From Akkermansia muciniphila (GTDB lineage Bacteria; Verrucomicrobiota; Verrucomicrobiia; Chthoniobacterales; Chthoniobacteraceae): DNA of 47,732 nucleotides. The DNA lies in contig CAMDSZ010000001.1 of the NCBI GenBank assembly GCA_945906945.1, positions 1 to 47,732 of the forward strand, written 5' to 3'. The notes beneath the pieces are model-generated. The model saw only the letters and a program-made list of their open reading frames with translations, ran no database searches and was not told where the DNA came from. Positions within the stretch are counted from its first letter, which is position 1; each line of letters opens with the position of its first letter. A program made the position numbers and the translations under genes. Shown in pieces: positions 25,610 to 33,917 of the stretch.

Positions 25610-25813
25610 CCCGCTCGCTTGCGTTTGGCGCGAACCATTCCCAGTTCAATTTAGTTTCGTTGTGTGCAGACGCTTGCGTTACCTTTCGTTTGGTGACTCT
25701 CTTCAACCAAACTCTCACGAGCCGAATGATGTCTTTTCTACTTCGGAGGGCGGGTTAAAGTTGAGAGAACGGCACTCCAGCGAACCTGATAAAATTTTGT
25801 TTGCCTCCCCCGC

Positions 25814-28800
25814 ATGCACTTCAGAACATCAAAGCCGCGTATCCTCCGAAATCTATACGGCCTAGCTGTTGCCCCTCTCTTTCATGCTGCGTTCGCGGTG
25901 GCTCATCCGTCCGCAGGCGAAGTGAATTATTTCGAGAAAAAAGTCCGTCCCCTGCTAGAGGAGCACTGCCTCGAATGCCACAGCGCAGCGAAGAAAATCA
26001 AGGGTGGATTGCGTCTCGATTCCCAATCCGGCTGGAAGATCGGTGGTGACTCCGGCCCTGCTCTTGTGCCGCATGATCCAGAGGCCAGTCTTCTGATCAA
26101 GGCGGTTCGCTACCGCGATCCTGACTTCCAAATGCCGCCGCGCAAAAAACTCGCGGCCCGGGAACTCGAGATCCTTGAACAATGGGTACGGACGGGTGCC
26201 CATGACCCGAGGCGCGAAGATCTGGCATTGCAAAACCCCACGCGAACTCAGTCGCGCGCGCTTGCTTTGGAGGATGCCGCCAGTCACTGGGCTTATCGGG
26301 CCGTCGTCCCACAGGCAGAGCCCGTCGTCCGAAACGGCGCTTGGGCGGAGGGGCCTATCGACCGGTTTTTGCTGCGCGCCATGGAGTCGGCTTCGATCAC
26401 ACCGGTTCGAGACGCGGACGCGGCTGTGGTCTTGCGCAGACTTCACCTGCTGCTCACGGGGCTGCCGCCCGAACCGGAAGCGATCGATGCCTTCGAGTTG
26501 GAATACAAGCGCGACCGGCGTCAGGCTGTTCTTAAGACCGCCGACGCCTTGATCGCATCCACCGCGTTTGCCGAGGCGTTTGCACGGCGCTGGCTGGATT
26601 TGACGCGGTTCGCGGAGTCCAGTGGAGGCGGCCGCACATTGCTATTCAAGGACGCATGGCGTTACCGCGACTATGTCCTAAACTCCATCCACGCGGACGT
26701 GCCCCTCAACCGTTTCATCACAGAGCACATTGCCGGCGACCTCCTTCCCGCATCGTCGGTGCAGGAACGGGCGAGGCTTTTGACCGCCACCGGCTTTCTT
26801 GCGCTCGGCCCCACCAACTACGAGGAGCAGGACAAGCAGCAGCTCCGCTTTGACATCATCGACGAACAACTCGACACCATCGGCAAGGCGTTCCTCGGTC
26901 AAACCATCGGGTGCGCGCGCTGCCACGATCACAAGTTTGATCCGATCCCGCAGCGAGATTACTACGCGCTTGCTGGAATTTTCAGCAGCACGAGAACGCT
27001 TAATAATCTCACAGACAATGTAGCGCGCTGGGTGGTTGAGCCGCTCCCAGGCTACCCGGAGGAAGAGCGACTGGAGCATGAGCATAAGCAAAAGGTAGCG
27101 CAACTCCGCGCCAAGATTGAAGCGGCCCGCAACCAGGTCGCCCGCCTCAATTCGAGCCCACTCCAAGGCGAATCAATCGTGAAAGGGCCCATCGCCATCG
27201 ACCGTTTTCACGGGATTATTCTCGATGACGCCGACGCCAAACTGGTGGGGGCGTGGAAAACCTCGAGCTTCTTTAAAAACTACGTCGGAGTTGGTTACCT
27301 CACAGACGAAAACACGGGCAAAGGCGAGAAGACCGCGACTTTCACACCCTTGTTTGCTCACTCGGGCCGGTACGAAGTCCGCTTCGCGTATTCCGCAGGA
27401 CCGAATAGATCAAAAGAGGTCCGTGTCACAGTATTTCATGCCGATGGCGAGGAAGTCGTCACCGTCAACGAGACTGAAGAGCCTGCGGTTGACGGTCATT
27501 TCACATCGCTCGGCACGTTCCGTTTTGAAAAAGACGGCGCAGGTTTCGTTCTGGTGAGCAACGCTGGCGGCGCTGGGCATGTCGTGGTTGACGCAGTTCA
27601 GTTTATTCAGGACACCCTGCCTGCCGCGCGTACTGTCACGCAGGCAGCGGCTGGTACAGCGGGTACAGCTAGTGCGCCTAGCGCGGCCGGCTCGGATGCA
27701 AATTCAACCGGACCGCAGACAACATCGGCATCAGTCAGCTCAAATAACGGGGCCGATCAACTGCCTGCATCCAAGAAAGTGGATTCCGCCAAAGATGCGC
27801 GCGCAACGCTTGCTTCCCTCAGCGAGGAGCTCAAGCAACTCGAAAAAAAAGCTCCGCCGCGTTCGGTCGCGATGGTTGTGTCCGAGAATGTTGAAGTCGG
27901 CGACACGGCGCTGCGCGTCAGGGGTATTGCAAAACAAAAAGCCGAGATAGTGCCCCGCGGTTTTTTGCGTGCCGTCATGGTGGACGATGCAAAACAAATC
28001 CAATTCGATGCAACGCAGAGCGGGCGGACCCAGTTCGCGCAGTGGCTTACATCGGACAACAATCCGCTCACTGCGCGCGTCTTGGTAAATCGCACTTGGG
28101 CTTGGGTGTTCGGCGCGGGATTGGTGGGGACCACCGAGAATTTCGGGACAACGGGCGAGAAGCCGACGCATCCGGAGTTATTGGATTATTTGACTGCGCG
28201 TTTTATTCAACAGGGATGGAGCCTGAAGCAGCTCGTGCGAGAGATGGTGACTTCCCACGCATGGCGTCTTGCAGAAGAGGCACCCCTTGGCGCGGATCCC
28301 ACAAATAAGCTGCTTTCACGGCACTCGGTTCGCCGCATGGATGCGGATCAGATTCGCGATACGATGCTGCATGCAGCAGGGAGGTTGAGCCGTGAGTTTG
28401 GCGGCGCAAATATCAACGGAGCAAAAGATATCAACGCGAATGAATCCAGCGCGGCAAATATCGAGTACAATTACATATTCACCGACGTGCGGCGCAGCCT
28501 TTATACTCCGGCATTCCGCAATCGAAGGCACGAGGTGTTTGATGTGTTTGATTTTGGCGATATCAACAACAGCGTCGGTGTGCGTGAGGCGAGTACCGTT
28601 GCCCCGCAGGCGTTGTTCTTCCTGAACAGCGCCTTTGCTGGGGAGCAGGCGAAAGCGGTGGGTGAGCGGCTCGCAGTCTCACATCCAGACCCGATCGCCG
28701 CCGTTGATAGGGTGAGCCTTGTGATGCTTGGAAGGCACCCCTCGCAGACCGAGGCGAAAGTTCTCTCAGCACTATACAACTCTTGTCCGAGCGAGGAAGA

Positions 28801-28870
28801 TGCCGCGCAGCGGCTGGCCCGGGTCGCGCACGTGCTTTTCGCCAGCGTGGACTTCAGATACATTCGCTAG
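25814..28870 (+). CDS. PSCyt1-DUF1549(PSCyt2)-DUF1553(PSD1) family protein, 1,018 aa, with an extra beta-sandwich insert and a low-complexity linker
   Basis: Hydrophobic N-terminus (LYGLAVAPLFHAAFAVA). CxxCH 'CLECH' lies at 25967..25981 within FEKKVRPLLEEHCLECHSAAKKIKGGLRLDS (Planctomycete cytochrome-c-like). A second motif, CARCHDHKFDPI, lies at 26912..26947. C-terminal DUF1553-type text: NPLTARVLVNRTWAWVFG, HPELLDYL, ...ASVDFRYIR. Confidence 0.9.
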   Translation: MHFRTSKPRILRNLYGLAVAPLFHAAFAVAHPSAGEVNYFEKKVRPLLEEHCLECHSAAKKIKGGLRLDSQSGWKIGGDSGPALVPHDPEASLLIKAVRYRDPDFQMPPRKKLAARELEILEQWVRTGAHDPRREDLALQNPTRTQSRALALEDAASHWAYRAVVPQAEPVVRNGAWAEGPIDRFLLRAMESASITPVRDADAAVVLRRLHLLLTGLPPEPEAIDAFELEYKRDRRQAVLKTADALIASTAFAEAFARRWLDLTRFAESSGGGRTLLFKDAWRYRDYVLNSIHADVPLNRFITEHIAGDLLPASSVQERARLLTATGFLALGPTNYEEQDKQQLRFDIIDEQLDTIGKAFLGQTIGCARCHDHKFDPIPQRDYYALAGIFSSTRTLNNLTDNVARWVVEPLPGYPEEERLEHEHKQKVAQLRAKIEAARNQVARLNSSPLQGESIVKGPIAIDRFHGIILDDADAKLVGAWKTSSFFKNYVGVGYLTDENTGKGEKTATFTPLFAHSGRYEVRFAYSAGPNRSKEVRVTVFHADGEEVVTVNETEEPAVDGHFTSLGTFRFEKDGAGFVLVSNAGGAGHVVVDAVQFIQDTLPAARTVTQAAAGTAGTASAPSAAGSDANSTGPQTTSASVSSNNGADQLPASKKVDSAKDARATLASLSEELKQLEKKAPPRSVAMVVSENVEVGDTALRVRGIAKQKAEIVPRGFLRAVMVDDAKQIQFDATQSGRTQFAQWLTSDNNPLTARVLVNRTWAWVFGAGLVGTTENFGTTGEKPTHPELLDYLTARFIQQGWSLKQLVREMVTSHAWRLAEEAPLGADPTNKLLSRHSVRRMDADQIRDTMLHAAGRLSREFGGANINGAKDINANESSAANIEYNYIFTDVRRSLYTPAFRNRRHEVFDVFDFGDINNSVGVREASTVAPQALFFLNSAFAGEQAKAVGERLAVSHPDPIAAVDRVSLVMLGRHPSQTEAKVLSALYNSCPSEEDAAQRLARVAHVLFASVDFRYIR

Positions 28871-28908
28871 TCTTTCCCCCGTCTCCCTCCACTTTACCCC
28901 CAACGGAT

Positions 28909-30357
28909 ATGCGCTCAAATCTCTCCCACCCCATGTCTTTGGGTACGACACGCCGAGCGGCGCTTTCAAAACTCGCGTGCGGGTTCGGCTCGATGGCCTT
29001 AGCAGGTCTCGCAGCCAAGAACTCGGAGGCGGCACTCGCAGCCTTAAGCTCTATGGCGCCACGAACCGGCGTAGTTCCAGCACGCGCAAAACGCATCATC
29101 TTTCTGTTCATGTCGGGCGGCGTCAGCCACGTCGATAGTTTTGATTACAAGCCTCGCCTTATCGAAGACGATGGTAGGCTTCTCGATTTCGACGATCTCC
29201 GTGCGATCGCAAAGACGGGTACCAGCCCCAAGCAGCGAGTGATGGCGCCCATGTGGAAGTTCGAAAAACGCGGACAAAGCGGCCTCTGGGTTGCGGACCT
29301 CTTTCCGGAAATGGCAAAACATGCGGACGACCTTTGCGTGATTCGCTCGATGCAAACCGAGGGCATCGCGCACGGGCCAGCCACGCTCTTTTTGCACACC
29401 GGATCCACCAATTTTTTAAGACCGTCCATGGGCGCATGGGTGAGTTACGGTCTGGGCACAGAGAACCAGAATCTCCCCGGCTTCGTTACTATTTCTCCCG
29501 CGATGGGCAATGGCGGGCCGCGCAATTACGGTACGGCCTTTCTTCCGGCTGCGTATCAAGGCACCGCCATCGGGCGCGCAGGCGTTCCGGCCAAGGACGC
29601 GGTGATTCGTAACATGACGGCAAGCAACCCGTTTGGAGGTGACGTGCGGCAGCTCGACGCAATCCGCGCGCTGAATGCAGCGCAATCGGCCGGAACGGCT
29701 GGCGGTTCTGATATTGAGGCGATGGTGGAAAGCTACGAACTGGCATGGCGCATGCAGACGGCTGGGCCGCTAGCTTTTGATTTGGATTCCGAGCCGCAGC
29801 ATGTGCGCGAGCTTTATGGAATCGGAACTGCTGCTACCGACCAGTTCGGCCGGCAGTGTTTGCTTGCGCGGCGCATGGCCGAATCGGGCGTGCGCTTCAT
29901 TCAAGTGAGCTACGCTGACAACACGAACAATCCCGCATGGGACCAGCACTCCAACCTTAAAAAGCATGGCGACCACGCCCTCGCTGTTGACAGGCCTGTC
30001 GCGGGTCTGCTCGCGGATCTAAAGCAGCGCGGCATGCTCGAGGACACCATCGTCTGGTGGGGAGGCGAATTCGGGCGCACGCCTTACGCGGAAAAAAACG
30101 GAACGGGGCGGGATCACAATCCGGCGGGCTTTTCCGTTTGGGTTGCAGGTGGCGGTTTCAAGTCCGGCGTCGCTTATGGTGAGACTGACGAATTTGGGCA
30201 CCACGCCATCTCCGACAAGGTGCACATGCATGATCTCCATGCGACGCTGCTTCACGCGCTGGGTCTCGACCATGAGAAGCTCACGTACCGTCACGCAGGC
30301 CGTGATTTCCGGCTCACCGATGTGCATGGCCATGTAGTCTCTGACCTGTTTGCTTAA
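28909..30357 (+). CDS. DUF1501 family protein (sulfatase/alkaline-phosphatase-superfamily-like) with twin-arginine signal, 482 aa
   Basis: The track ORF 28783..30357 overlaps the upstream gene's 3' end. The ATG at 28909 lies 38 nt after the upstream stop and gives MRSNLSHPMSLGTTRRAALSKLACGFGSMALAGLAA (Tat-like TRRAAL). Family text: RIIFLFMSGGVSHVDSFDYKP, IRSMQTEGIAHGPA, WWGGEFGRTP...GRDHNP, DLHATLLHALGLDH. Confidence 0.9.
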   Translation: MRSNLSHPMSLGTTRRAALSKLACGFGSMALAGLAAKNSEAALAALSSMAPRTGVVPARAKRIIFLFMSGGVSHVDSFDYKPRLIEDDGRLLDFDDLRAIAKTGTSPKQRVMAPMWKFEKRGQSGLWVADLFPEMAKHADDLCVIRSMQTEGIAHGPATLFLHTGSTNFLRPSMGAWVSYGLGTENQNLPGFVTISPAMGNGGPRNYGTAFLPAAYQGTAIGRAGVPAKDAVIRNMTASNPFGGDVRQLDAIRALNAAQSAGTAGGSDIEAMVESYELAWRMQTAGPLAFDLDSEPQHVRELYGIGTAATDQFGRQCLLARRMAESGVRFIQVSYADNTNNPAWDQHSNLKKHGDHALAVDRPVAGLLADLKQRGMLEDTIVWWGGEFGRTPYAEKNGTGRDHNPAGFSVWVAGGGFKSGVAYGETDEFGHHAISDKVHMHDLHATLLHALGLDHEKLTYRHAGRDFRLTDVHGHVVSDLFA

Positions 30358-30407
30358 GCACGCGCACGCGATTCCAAGAAGCGCCGTAAAATTTAAATTC
30401 CACTCTC

Positions 30408-31322
30408 ATGCGATTCGTAAAATTTTTATCTCTCTTCGCGATTAGCTTAAACTGTGCGAGCGCGATCTTCGCGCTAAGCCCCGAGCAGTCGGAGGTCGTG
30501 CTTGAACAACTGCCCTCCAACGCGAAGGGAGCGCGCGTTCTCTTGATTGCTGGCGAGCCATCCAACAAGCCCGGCCAGCATGAGTACTTCGCGGGATGCA
30601 CTCTGCTCGCCAACTGGCTGCGTCAAAACGCAGAGGTCGTCGCGGTGCAAGCCGCCAACGGCTGGCCGAAGGACGAGTCTTTGATCGATAAGGCGCAATG
30701 CATCGTCGTCTTCGCCGACGGCGGTCCGAAACTTCCATTCCTGGAACCCGCACGGATGGCCCGCATGGCTGCTGCGATCAAGCGCGGCGCGGGCTTGGTG
30801 ATGCTTCACCAGGCGGTCGACGTCCCGCGGTCGGTTTCCGAGGAAATCGGTGATTGGCTTGGAGCGGTGTGGCAGCCCGACATCGGGTCGCGCGGTCACT
30901 GGGATATGGAGTTTAATGAATTCCCGTCTCATCCAGTGACGCGCGGAGTCAGTGCTTTTGCTGCTCCCCTGGACGGATGGCTGTTTAATCTGCACTTCCG
31001 AAAGGGCGCAATCCCGCTGGTGTCCGGACTGGTTCCCGACAAGAACCGCTCCACTGCAGATGCGAAGGCAAATCTGGGCCGTGCCGAGGTGATTGGTTGG
31101 GCATACGAACGGCCATCGGGCGGCAGAAGCTTTGGGTTTACCGGATGCGACCTGCATCGGAACTGGGGCGTGGAAGGCCAGCGCCGGTTGGTGGTGAACG
31201 GTATCCTGTGGGCGGCTGGTATCGAAGTGCCGCTGGCGGGCGCCTCTGCGCAAAACGAGCCCCGCGATTTATTGCGATGGATGGACGACAAGGTTAAGCC
31301 GGTCGCGGCCGCCAGCCAGTAG
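30408..31322 (+). CDS. ThuA-like (trehalose-utilisation-like) domain protein with signal peptide, 304 aa
   Basis: Signal-like MRFVKFLSLFAISLNCASAIFA. RVLLIAGEP...HEY...VVFADGG...LVMLHQAVD and a C-terminal GILWAAG resemble the ThuA class-I glutamine-amidotransferase-like fold family common in PVC genomes. Assignment is by eye. Confidence 0.55.
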   Translation: MRFVKFLSLFAISLNCASAIFALSPEQSEVVLEQLPSNAKGARVLLIAGEPSNKPGQHEYFAGCTLLANWLRQNAEVVAVQAANGWPKDESLIDKAQCIVVFADGGPKLPFLEPARMARMAAAIKRGAGLVMLHQAVDVPRSVSEEIGDWLGAVWQPDIGSRGHWDMEFNEFPSHPVTRGVSAFAAPLDGWLFNLHFRKGAIPLVSGLVPDKNRSTADAKANLGRAEVIGWAYERPSGGRSFGFTGCDLHRNWGVEGQRRLVVNGILWAAGIEVPLAGASAQNEPRDLLRWMDDKVKPVAAASQ

Positions 31323-31341
31323 TCCAACTCTTGCCAATTGA

Positions 31342-32553
31342 ATGGACCCTGGGCAGACGCTGCTCGCATCGGCTCAAGCCAGCACGAATCCACGACATCG
31401 CGTGATTCTGCATGTCGACATGGATGCGTTCTTCGCGTCCATCGAACAGCGCGACAATCCGGAGTACCGAGGAAAGCCGCTGGTGGTGGGCTCGCCGCCG
31501 AATCAGCGCGGGGTGGTGTGCGCCGCAAGCTATGAGGCGAGGCGTTTCAAGGTGCGCTCCGCAATGCCGTCACGGACCGCGGCGAAGTTGTGTCCGTCGG
31601 CGGTTTTCGTGAGGCCCCGCATGGATGTGTACCGCGCTGAGTCGGTGAAAATCATGGGCATTTTTGAGAGCTACACGCCGCTTGTCGAACAGGTGTCGGT
31701 GGACGAGGCGTATCTGGATCTGAGCTTTGTCGGTGAGCCTTGTGAGACGGCAGATGAAGCGTTGCAACGTGCGCTTCCATTGGCGCGTGATATCAAGGAC
31801 CGCGTCTTTGAGGAGCGTGGCTTGACGGCCAGCATCGGGGTTGCATCGAACAAATTTCTCGCAAAGCTTGGTAGTGATTACGACAAACCAAATGGGCTCA
31901 CGCTCATCGAAGACAGCAGGAAGGTGGAGTTTCTTCGACCGCTTTCTGTTCGAAGCATCCACGGTGTCGGGCCGGTCACGGCAGAGGCCTTGGAAGGACA
32001 GGGACTCTGGAAGATCAGCGATCTGCAGGACACCACGCTGAGGTTGGAGGACATTGTGGGTTCGTACGCGGCTAGCCTTAGAAGTCGTGCATTCGGTGAG
32101 GACGATCGGGAAATTGAGCTCGAGCGTGAACGCAAAAGCATCAGTTCAGAGCATACATTTCCAGTCGATACGGATAGCCGCGCAGAACTCCGCGAGGTTT
32201 TGCACGCCCTCGCGGAGGACGTCCGCTGCGCCCTCGAAGAACACGAGTGCGGAGCGCTCACGGTTCAGGTGAAGGTTCGCTACACCGATTTCAGAACGCT
32301 TACGCGACAGCTGCGCTTGGATGAACCTGTGACTACAGCTCGTGAACTTTACCGGATCGCCTGTCACTTGCTTGCAACCCACCGGTTGGTGACAGGCCCT
32401 TTAAGGCTGCTGGGCCTGGGGGTATCGACGCTTGTTCCCCCTGTTCGTAGGCAAATGCTGCTTCCTTTGTTTCCCGAGACAAATTCTTCAAGCTCTCCAA
32501 ACACTACGCTTGCAGTCGGTGCCATGCCGACCGTCCACAAGCAAGCGCTTTGA
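31342..32553 (+). CDS. dinB: DNA polymerase IV (Y-family)
   Basis: ILHVDMDAFFASIEQRDNPEYRGKPLVVG...GVVCAASYEARRFKVRSAMP...VSVDEAYLDL...ASIGVASNKFLAKLGSDYDKPNG...IHGVGPVT. Confidence 0.9.
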   Translation: MDPGQTLLASAQASTNPRHRVILHVDMDAFFASIEQRDNPEYRGKPLVVGSPPNQRGVVCAASYEARRFKVRSAMPSRTAAKLCPSAVFVRPRMDVYRAESVKIMGIFESYTPLVEQVSVDEAYLDLSFVGEPCETADEALQRALPLARDIKDRVFEERGLTASIGVASNKFLAKLGSDYDKPNGLTLIEDSRKVEFLRPLSVRSIHGVGPVTAEALEGQGLWKISDLQDTTLRLEDIVGSYAASLRSRAFGEDDREIELERERKSISSEHTFPVDTDSRAELREVLHALAEDVRCALEEHECGALTVQVKVRYTDFRTLTRQLRLDEPVTTARELYRIACHLLATHRLVTGPLRLLGLGVSTLVPPVRRQMLLPLFPETNSSSSPNTTLAVGAMPTVHKQAL

Positions 32554-32579
32554 GCCTAGGAGGCTGAGGCCTTGCTGCG

Positions 32580-33041
32580 CTACTTCGCGTGGCGTCTTTT
32601 GTAATGCTGCACTTCGAATTCAGCGTGGGATTCGATGACTTCGCTCAGCTCAAAATCCGTCTCGAATGCAGGAAACAGAGCGTCGCCCGACGGCTCAAGG
32701 TTGACCATGCTCAGGTAGAGGTCCGAGCAGAACGGAAGTGTTTGCGCATACAGATCGCTGCCGCCGATGATCCACACCTCTCGGTCGCCAAATGAAATTG
32801 CAAGCAGCTCCTCGATGCTGCGGACCATTCGCACGCCGGAGATCTCAGTCGAACGCGACAGCACCACATTCTCGCGGCCAGGAAGTGGTTTGCCGAGGCT
32901 CTCGTAAGTTTTCCGACCCATGACAATCACGCCTCCCATTGTGGCACGCTTGAACCAGCGAAAGTCCTCTGGAAGGTGCCACGGGATCGCTCCGTGTGCG
33001 CCAATGACACGGTTCCTGGCCATTGCTGCGATTGCCTTCAT
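32580..33041 (-). CDS. folA: Dihydrofolate reductase, 153 aa
   Basis: MKAIAAMARNRVIGAHGAIPWHLPEDFRWFKRATMGGVIVMGRKTYESLGKPLPGRENVVLSR...VWIIGGSDLY. The start was moved to the ATG at 33041 (track ORF extends to 33107), which lies 20 nt downstream of the thyA stop. Confidence 0.9.
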   Translation of the reverse strand: MKAIAAMARNRVIGAHGAIPWHLPEDFRWFKRATMGGVIVMGRKTYESLGKPLPGRENVVLSRSTEISGVRMVRSIEELLAISFGDREVWIIGGSDLYAQTLPFCSDLYLSMVNLEPSGDALFPAFETDFELSEVIESHAEFEVQHYKRRHAK

Positions 33042-33061
33042 GTTTGCGTGTACGCCGCAGT

Positions 33062-33856
33062 TCAGACAGCGATGGGCGCCTTGATTGCCGGGTGCGGGTC
33101 GTAGCATTCCAAAGTAAAATCCTCGAACTTGAAATCTGTGATCTCGGATACCGCCGGGTTGATTCGCATCACGGGCAACGCGCGCGGTTCGCGCGAAAGC
33201 TGTAGGCGCGCCTGCTCAAGGTGGTTTGAATACAAGTGCAGATCACCAAAGGTGTGGACGAAGTCGCCGGGCTGGAGCCCGCACACCTGCGCCACCATCA
33301 TGGTGAGCAGCGCGTAGGACGCGATATTGAACGGCACGCCAAGAAACAGGTCAGCGCTGCGTTGGTAAAGTTGGCAGCTCAGTCTGCCGTTTGCCACGTA
33401 GAACTGAAAAAGAGTGTGGCAGGGTGGTAGCGCCATCAAATCGATTTCACCCGGGTTCCAAGCGCATACCAGATGTCTGCGGCTGTCGGGATCGCGGCGG
33501 ATGCGTGCGATGGCGTCGTGAATCTGGTTGATCGACCTACCATCGGGTGAACGCCAGTCGGTCCATTGCGCGCCGTAGACGCGCCCAAGATTTCCGTCGG
33601 CATCTGCCCATTCGTTCCAAATGGTGACGCCCACCTCTTGAAGTGAGCGTACGTTTGTATCGCCGCGTAAAAACCACAAAAGTTCGTGAATGATGCTCTT
33701 GAGGTGAAGCTTCTTCGTCGTGAGCAGCGGAAAACCTTGGGACAGGTTAAAGCGCGTTTGCGCGCCGAAAACCGACAAGGTGCCTGTGCCCGTACGGTCG
33801 GACTTTTCGTGGCCGCTTTCGAGCACCAGCCGTAGTAGTTCGTGGTATTGGCGCAT
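33062..33856 (-). CDS. thyA: Thymidylate synthase (ThyA type), 264 aa
   Basis: [68 protein letters not shown]...[12 protein letters not shown]...[26 protein letters not shown]. Confidence 0.97.
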   Translation of the reverse strand: MRQYHELLRLVLESGHEKSDRTGTGTLSVFGAQTRFNLSQGFPLLTTKKLHLKSIIHELLWFLRGDTNVRSLQEVGVTIWNEWADADGNLGRVYGAQWTDWRSPDGRSINQIHDAIARIRRDPDSRRHLVCAWNPGEIDLMALPPCHTLFQFYVANGRLSCQLYQRSADLFLGVPFNIASYALLTMMVAQVCGLQPGDFVHTFGDLHLYSNHLEQARLQLSREPRALPVMRINPAVSEITDFKFEDFTLECYDPHPAIKAPIAV

Positions 33857-33917
33857 GGGACGTGTAAAGAATGTCTGCTAGGGTGAAGCGGAGCTGTGAC
33901 TCGCAGGCGCCGCGCCG

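Noticed and set aside
24449-25609. Idea that the giant protein is a polymorphic toxin/CDI-type effector with a C-terminal toxin domain and a downstream immunity gene.
   Set aside because: There is no pre-toxin motif (VENN, PT-TG, LXG, Rhs/YD repeats). I can see no nuclease or deaminase-like catalytic motifs. The next gene is a 1,018-aa PSCyt/DUF1553 protein rather than a small immunity-like ORF.
25616-25680. 10-bp direct repeat CGCTTGCGTT (25616..25625 and 25671..25680) just downstream of the giant ORF stop.
   Set aside because: It is short, occurs as a single pair, and has no associated hairpin or U-tract. It is most likely chance.
25458-25865. 135-aa ORF bridging the 3' end of the giant gene and the 5' end of the next gene.
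   Set aside because: It overlaps both neighbours in other frames, has no recognisable features, and the 204-bp gap (25610..25813) is more simply intergenic.
27843-27850. A8 homopolymer inside the first DUF1553 gene (codes EKK), plus T7/A7 runs at 6772, 30092, 39224 and 45892.
   Set aside because: A/T runs of 7-8 encoding Lys/Phe are common and not by themselves indicative of phase variation. Only the G8 tract in the giant ORF seemed worth flagging.
28783-28908. Upstream extension of the DUF1501 ORF (track start 28783), overlapping the last 88 nt of the preceding gene.
   Set aside because: The extension translates to an R/G/P-rich string (MSERGRCRAAAGPGRARAF…). The ATG at 28909 follows the upstream stop and immediately precedes a Tat signal, as in the paralogue at 47225.
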